A DNA stretch of 64,000 bases from Dehalococcoidia bacterium (GTDB lineage: Bacteria > Chloroflexota > Dehalococcoidia > Plut-88900), in contig OZ240215.1 of assembly GCA_965197585.1 (NCBI GenBank), positions 1,184,001-1,248,000 of the forward strand, given 5' to 3'. The position numbers and the translations under genes were made by a program. The notes under the pieces were generated by a model. That model made no database searches and was not told the origin of the DNA. It was given only the letters and a program-made list of their open reading frames with translations. Shown one piece after another: positions 58,996-64,000 of this stretch (position 1 is its first letter; every line of letters starts with the position of its first letter).

Positions 58996-60132
58996 TCACC
59001 CAAGCTGATACAGCTCGACCGCGTTCTCTCCCAGTATCTTTCGGAACTCCGCGTCAGGAAGGGGGGCAAGGTTCTTCTTCAACTGCGCCACGGTCCCCAT
59101 CTCCGCGTCGGAGTGGGGGTAATCGGAAGCCCAGAGGAACCGGTCGGCCCCGAGAAGCTGCATCATTGTCAGGCCTATCTTCTCGCTGGGCTCCATGGAT
59201 ATCCAGCATTGTCGATTGAAGTATTCGCTCGGCTTAAGTTGCATCGAAGTCTCGAAGCCGTACCTCTCGAAATACTCGTCCATCCGCTCCAGCCAGTAGG
59301 CCAGCCAGCCGCAACCTGCCTCCAGTGCGATCACCTGAAGGTTCGGGAACCTGTCGAAGAGGCCTCCCTGGAACAGCGAGGTCATCGAGTCCACCACAAA
59401 CTCCGCTGCCGTGACGAACCACCACCACCAAGACGCCTTCCAGGGATGCGGGTAGAAGTAGTCGCCGCCAAACCGGGTGCCGCCCCCGTGAACGTGTACC
59501 CCGACAGGCAACCCGAGGCTTTCGGCTTCCTCCCATATTGGATCGAACGGTGGCTCACCGTACGGCGACCCGTTCCTCGGCGGAAATGCAAGGAGCATTA
59601 GCCCCTTCGCCCCCAGCCCCGCCACCCGCCTGGTCTCCGCTACCGCCTGCTCCACGTCCATGAAGGACACGTGGGCTATCGGCACTAGTCGGCTGGGATC
59701 GGTGCTGCAGAAGTCGATCAGCCAGTCGTTGTACACCCGGCAGTGGGCCGCCACCAGATCGGCGTCATCACTGGAACTCTCCCAGTCCAGACCTAACGAC
59801 GGGTAGAACAACGCAATATCGATCCCCTCTTCGTCCATAACCTTGAGCCTCTCATCCGGCACCCATGCCCCCGGGACCATCGAGTCCCGGTAGTGCACTT
59901 TCCCCGCCAGGTAGTCCTCCATCGGCTTGTCCACAGCGCCGTACACCGACACCGTGCCCACCGGCCTCGTATCGTCCAGCCATATGTTGTCCATAACCGG
60001 GTGCTCGACCCCCGCATCGTCCTCCACCAGTTTATATGCCCGGTCCCGATACTCCGGTTCCAGCTTATTTTCGAAAAGGTCGGGTGGCTCCATGATGTGC
60101 CCATCCACGTCGACGGCTATGTAGTCCTTCAT
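58996..60132 (-). CDS. Amidohydrolase (Amidohydro_2)
   Basis: VDVDGHIMEP, FYPS, YNDWL, FDRFPNL...EAG, SDYPHSD. Clear paralogue of 36461-37597. Confidence 0.9.
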   Translation of the reverse strand: MKDYIAVDVDGHIMEPPDLFENKLEPEYRDRAYKLVEDDAGVEHPVMDNIWLDDTRPVGTVSVYGAVDKPMEDYLAGKVHYRDSMVPGAWVPDERLKVMDEEGIDIALFYPSLGLDWESSSDDADLVAAHCRVYNDWLIDFCSTDPSRLVPIAHVSFMDVEQAVAETRRVAGLGAKGLMLLAFPPRNGSPYGEPPFDPIWEEAESLGLPVGVHVHGGGTRFGGDYFYPHPWKASWWWWFVTAAEFVVDSMTSLFQGGLFDRFPNLQVIALEAGCGWLAYWLERMDEYFERYGFETSMQLKPSEYFNRQCWISMEPSEKIGLTMMQLLGADRFLWASDYPHSDAEMGTVAQLKKNLAPLPDAEFRKILGENAVELYQLG

Positions 60133-60378
60133 ATTCTTCTTACACCCTTTCAGTTATGGCTTGTGTTCCGTGGTCCTCCACCCCATAGGGGCAACCGGCT
60201 GGTCAGCCCTGCCCATATACAGCCGGATACGCTAAGCGAATCCACTTGGAGAGTCAATACAGCGCACCGCTCCACGTTTGCCGTATGCCGTGCCCGACTG
60301 TATAATCCACTGAACAGAGCCCCGGCTAGCGACCCTTGCGCCAGGGCTCTTGTTACGAAATCCCGGCCTAGAGGCTTC

Positions 60379-63300
60379 ATGTACTTCGACCTGAGACTGT
60401 TCCAGCTAACGCAGGGCGTTCGGCTCCGTATCTTTCTTTCCACAGTGCTGGGGCTTATTGCCGTTGGGGCCGGGGTTGCGGGTCTCGCCATCTTCGGCAT
60501 AGTCATCGCCCGGGTCTTTCGCGGACAAGCCGAGTATTCTTCCCTTGCTTTTCCCATGATCGGCGTCGCTATCCTCATTGGCGTCCGGGGAGTATTCCAA
60601 TACCTGCAGAACAGCTACGCCCACCACACTTCCAACATCGTCAAGATCAAGATTCGTGAGAATCTTTACCAGCACTGCCTAGCCCTTGGCCCGGGTCACT
60701 TCGACCAGCGACGCACCGGTGGCGTGATCCTCACCCTCGGCGATGGCGTCGAGGGACTGGAGACCTTCTTCGGCCAATACCTCCCACAGATCATCATTGC
60801 CGCCGTCGCCCCGATTCTCATCTTCGTATTCATGGCCATCCTGGACCTGCCCATCGCTCTTATCTTCCTCGGCTTCGCCCTCTTCACCCTCGTCGCCCCG
60901 GCGGTCTTCCACAGCTGGAACCAGAAGAGCAGCATGCACCGCTACCGCTCCTACGGCTCCCTGGGCGCCGACTTCCTGGACGGTGTGCAGGGTCTTGCCA
61001 CCCTGAAGGCCTACGGCCAAAGTGGCCGACACGGCGATCGGCTGGCGGACAAGGCCCGTGCCCTTTATCGAAGCACTATGGGTGTCCTCGCCGCCAACAT
61101 AGCCACCGGCGGCGTTACCGTGCTGGGAATCTCTGCCGGTGCAGCCGTCGCCCTCGGCGTGGGAGCAGCCCGAGTCAGCGCCGGCGACATGGAGATTCGA
61201 ACTCTCCTGATCGTCATGATGTTCGGCGTCGAGGTCTTCAGGCCTCTCCGGGAACTGACCCAGCTCTATCACAAGGGCATGATCGCAAGTGCAGCCGCGC
61301 AGAGCATCTTCAACCTAATGGCAGAGCCCGTCGAGATCGAAGGCTCCCAGGCCGCACCCACTCCCGACACCCCTCAGACCGCTCCCCTCGCCGCCGAAAT
61401 CCGCTTCGAAAACGTTACCTTCGGCTACAATCAGGGCCGGGGCAACGCCCTTGAGGACGTATCATTCACCCTGGGCAAGAGTGAAAAGCTCGGTGTGGCG
61501 GGGCCAAGTGGCGCAGGAAAATCGACCCTCGTCTGGCTGGCATATCGCTTCTTCGATCCTCAGAAGGGCCGCATCCTCCTCGGCGGAGAGGACTTGAAAA
61601 CCCTTCCCCTCGAACGAATCCGAGAGCAGATCGCCGTCGTCACCCAGGACACCTACCTGTTTCATGGTACCGTCGCCGACAACCTCAGGTTCGGCAAGGG
61701 CGACGCTACTCAGAAAGAGCTGGAAGCCGCCGCCCGAGCCGCCAATGCCCACGAGTTCATCTCCGAGCTTCCCCAGGGCTACGACACCTATGTGGGTGAG
61801 AGGGCCATCCGCCTCTCAGGTGGGCAGCGGCAGCGTATCGCCATCGCTCGGGCCCTCTTGAAGGATGCCCCAATCCTTATCCTCGACGAGGCCCTGTCCA
61901 GCGTGGACGCCGAGAACGAGGCCGTCATCCAGGAAGCCCTGGACCGCCTCATGCAGGGTCGTACCACCCTGATAATCGCACACCGACTCTCCAGCATCGT
62001 CGGCGCCGACCGTATCCTGGTATTGGAAGACAGCCATCTAGTCGAAGTAGGTTCCCACGACGAGCTTATCGCCGCCGACGGTATCTACGCCCGGCTCATG
62101 GCCGACCAGCAGACCGCCGGGTTTGCCTCCCGCCCGGCAAATATCCCCACCGTAGACCAGCTCACCAGCGCCGTCGTTGGCCTAGCCTCCCCACCCCACG
62201 AGGAAGAACCCATCCCTGCGCCGGCCGCTCTTGAGGATTCCTACCCGATGGGCGCGTTCACAATCCTCCGGAGGTTGATGACCCTCATCGTCCCCTGGTG
62301 GAAACAGCAGACCGTCACTTTCCTCTTGGGCATAGCCCATCACGGCTCCATAATCGGCCTTGGCGTGATCAGCGCGTTGCTGGTCGGCGAGGTGTTCCGG
62401 GGCGGGGACCTGACCCTATACCTCATCCTCCTCGCGGTCTTTGCCCCGCTTACCGCATTCTTCACATGGGCCGAGGGCTGGCTCGCCCACGACCTCGCCT
62501 ACAGGCTCCTCGCCGAGATGCGTATCGACATGTACCGCAAGATGGACGCCATCGCCCCCGCCTATCTGGTTAAACGCAGGTCTGGGGACATCGTAGGTGT
62601 CGTCGGCGGAGACATCGAGAAGATCGAGTATTTCTTCGCCCACACCATCAGCCCGGCCTTCGTGGCCTTTGTCGTGCCCCTTGCCGTCCTCATCACCCTT
62701 GCCCTCATCTCCTGGCCTCTGGCAATTGTTCTCTTGCCTTTCCTCCTAGCCGTCGCAATCCGACCCTTCTACGACCAGACTACCAACGAACGTCTCGGCG
62801 ACGAGGTGCTGAGCAAGCTCGGCGGCATCCATGCCCAGATGGTCGATAACATCCAGGGAATGCGGGAGATATCAGCCTTCGGCCAGGGCCCCGCTAGGAC
62901 CGGCGACATCCGAGAACGGGGTTGGGACTTCGCAGGGAGCCAGCTCAAGTTCAAGAAGGCCCAGGAGTCCCAGACCTCCTTCATAGAATCGATCACAGGT
63001 CTCGGGGGTCTGGCAGTGCTGGCAATGGGCGCATGGCTCGTTCTGGAAGGCAGAATGGACCGACCTGACCTGCCTCTAGCCGCCCTCCTTGCCCTATCAA
63101 CCTTCTCTCCCGTGTCGGACCTCGCCCGCACCGGCAAGGACCTCATGGAGACCCTCGCCGCAGGCCGCCGGGTCTTCGCCGTCCACGATGAACCTATGTC
63201 CGTCCAGGACGGCCCCGGGGTAGCCGCACCCGGAGAGGTAGCAGTGCCCACAGCGCCCTTGGTCCGCTTCGACGGTACTTCCTTCTCTTACGGTCCGGGC

Positions 63301-64000
63301 CTTTCCCAGGCCATCTCCGATCTCAGCTTCACCATTGAGCCCGGTCAAACCGTTGCCCTTGTCGGAAGGTCGGGGGCGGGTAAAAGCACCTGCGCCTATC
63401 TCCTAATGCGCTTTTGGGATCCTCAGTCCGGCGAGGTCTCCCTGGGCAATCACAACCTTAAGGAATTCCGGCTCGACCCCCTGCGAGACAGCATCGCCTT
63501 CGTCACCCAGGACACCTATCTCTTCAACGCCAGCATCGGGGACAACATCGCCTTGGGCAAATTCGGGGCTTCCCAGGAAGAGATTGAGGAAGCCGCCCAG
63601 CAGGCCAATGCTCACGGCTTCATATCCTCCTTCCCCGAAGGCTATGACACCATGGTCGGCGAGCGGGGAATGCAGCTTTCCGGCGGTCAGCGCCAGCGCA
63701 TTTCCATCGCCCGGGCCCTCTTAAAGAACGCCCCAGTCCTCATCCTCGACGAGGCTACCTCTCACCTCGACGCTGTCAGCGAGCATCAGGTGCGTCAAGC
63801 CCTCAACCTCCTCATGTCCGGCAGAAGCACAGTAATCATCGCCCACCGGCTCTCCACAGTCCGAGACGCCGACAAGCTGATAGTCCTGGACCGTGGCCGC
63901 AAGGTTGAAGAGGGCAGCCACGACGAATTAATGGAGCGAAACGGCCTCTACGCCCAACTGGTCGCCGCCCAGATGGTTAGCTCCGCACCCCGCCCCACCC
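60379..64000 (+). CDS. Fused TMD-NBD-TMD-NBD ABC exporter, CydD/CydC-like (3' end outside window)
   Basis: Open frame from ATG 60379 (MYFDLRL) to the window end. Walker A GPSGAGKS (about 61501) and GRSGAGKS (about 63364), two LSGGQRQR, ILDEA, IAHRLS. Absent from the ORF track because it has no stop here. Confidence 0.9.
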   Translation, partial: MYFDLRLFQLTQGVRLRIFLSTVLGLIAVGAGVAGLAIFGIVIARVFRGQAEYSSLAFPMIGVAILIGVRGVFQYLQNSYAHHTSNIVKIKIRENLYQHCLALGPGHFDQRRTGGVILTLGDGVEGLETFFGQYLPQIIIAAVAPILIFVFMAILDLPIALIFLGFALFTLVAPAVFHSWNQKSSMHRYRSYGSLGADFLDGVQGLATLKAYGQSGRHGDRLADKARALYRSTMGVLAANIATGGVTVLGISAGAAVALGVGAARVSAGDMEIRTLLIVMMFGVEVFRPLRELTQLYHKGMIASAAAQSIFNLMAEPVEIEGSQAAPTPDTPQTAPLAAEIRFENVTFGYNQGRGNALEDVSFTLGKSEKLGVAGPSGAGKSTLVWLAYRFFDPQKGRILLGGEDLKTLPLERIREQIAVVTQDTYLFHGTVADNLRFGKGDATQKELEAAARAANAHEFISELPQGYDTYVGERAIRLSGGQRQRIAIARALLKDAPILILDEALSSVDAENEAVIQEALDRLMQGRTTLIIAHRLSSIVGADRILVLEDSHLVEVGSHDELIAADGIYARLMADQQTAGFASRPANIPTVDQLTSAVVGLASPPHEEEPIPAPAALEDSYPMGAFTILRRLMTLIVPWWKQQTVTFLLGIAHHGSIIGLGVISALLVGEVFRGGDLTLYLILLAVFAPLTAFFTWAEGWLAHDLAYRLLAEMRIDMYRKMDAIAPAYLVKRRSGDIVGVVGGDIEKIEYFFAHTISPAFVAFVVPLAVLITLALISWPLAIVLLPFLLAVAIRPFYDQTTNERLGDEVLSKLGGIHAQMVDNIQGMREISAFGQGPARTGDIRERGWDFAGSQLKFKKAQESQTSFIESITGLGGLAVLAMGAWLVLEGRMDRPDLPLAALLALSTFSPVSDLARTGKDLMETLAAGRRVFAVHDEPMSVQDGPGVAAPGEVAVPTAPLVRFDGTSFSYGPGLSQAISDLSFTIEPGQTVALVGRSGAGKSTCAYLLMRFWDPQSGEVSLGNHNLKEFRLDPLRDSIAFVTQDTYLFNASIGDNIALGKFGASQEEIEEAAQQANAHGFISSFPEGYDTMVGERGMQLSGGQRQRISIARALLKNAPVLILDEATSHLDAVSEHQVRQALNLLMSGRSTVIIAHRLSTVRDADKLIVLDRGRKVEEGSHDELMERNGLYAQLVAAQMVSSAPRPT

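Noticed and set aside
60150-63921. Minus-strand ORFs listed in the track at the right end
   Set aside because: They are antisense shadows of the plus-strand ABC transporter.

Overview
GC-rich bacterial chromosomal segment whose gene content points to Chloroflexota/Dehalococcoidia, most likely SAR202-like (inference from tandem luciferase-like monooxygenases, multiple Amidohydro_2 and SDR paralogues, apgM, and miaA-dapF-dapL-hflX). It holds a purine operon (guaA, frameshifted purD, purE, purB, purC, DUF3105, purS) and a tsaC-pgk-apgM-tpiA-miaA-dapF-dapL-hflX run. There is a plsY / LprG-like lipoprotein / P55-like MFS locus, a catabolic block (hydantoinase A+B fusion, FAD monooxygenase, three methyltransferases, five LLM oxidoreductases), a fused CydDC-like ABC exporter running off the right end, and two IS elements (IS1182, IS481). 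The most striking non-gene signal is a hierarchy of short palindromic repeats inserted into one another (REP > TIR-bounded mini-element > REP > IS, plus 21-bp micro-inserts). All are co-oriented with local GC skew and flip at a sharp skew inversion near 6750. Other leads are an ATA-initiated hflX, a catalytically dead SDR coupled to an intact SDR, a mycobacterial-type LprG/P55 pair in a presumed monoderm, and an SOS-box-preceded small basic protein followed by a helically phased 21-bp array. No rRNA, tRNA or CRISPR array was recognised.
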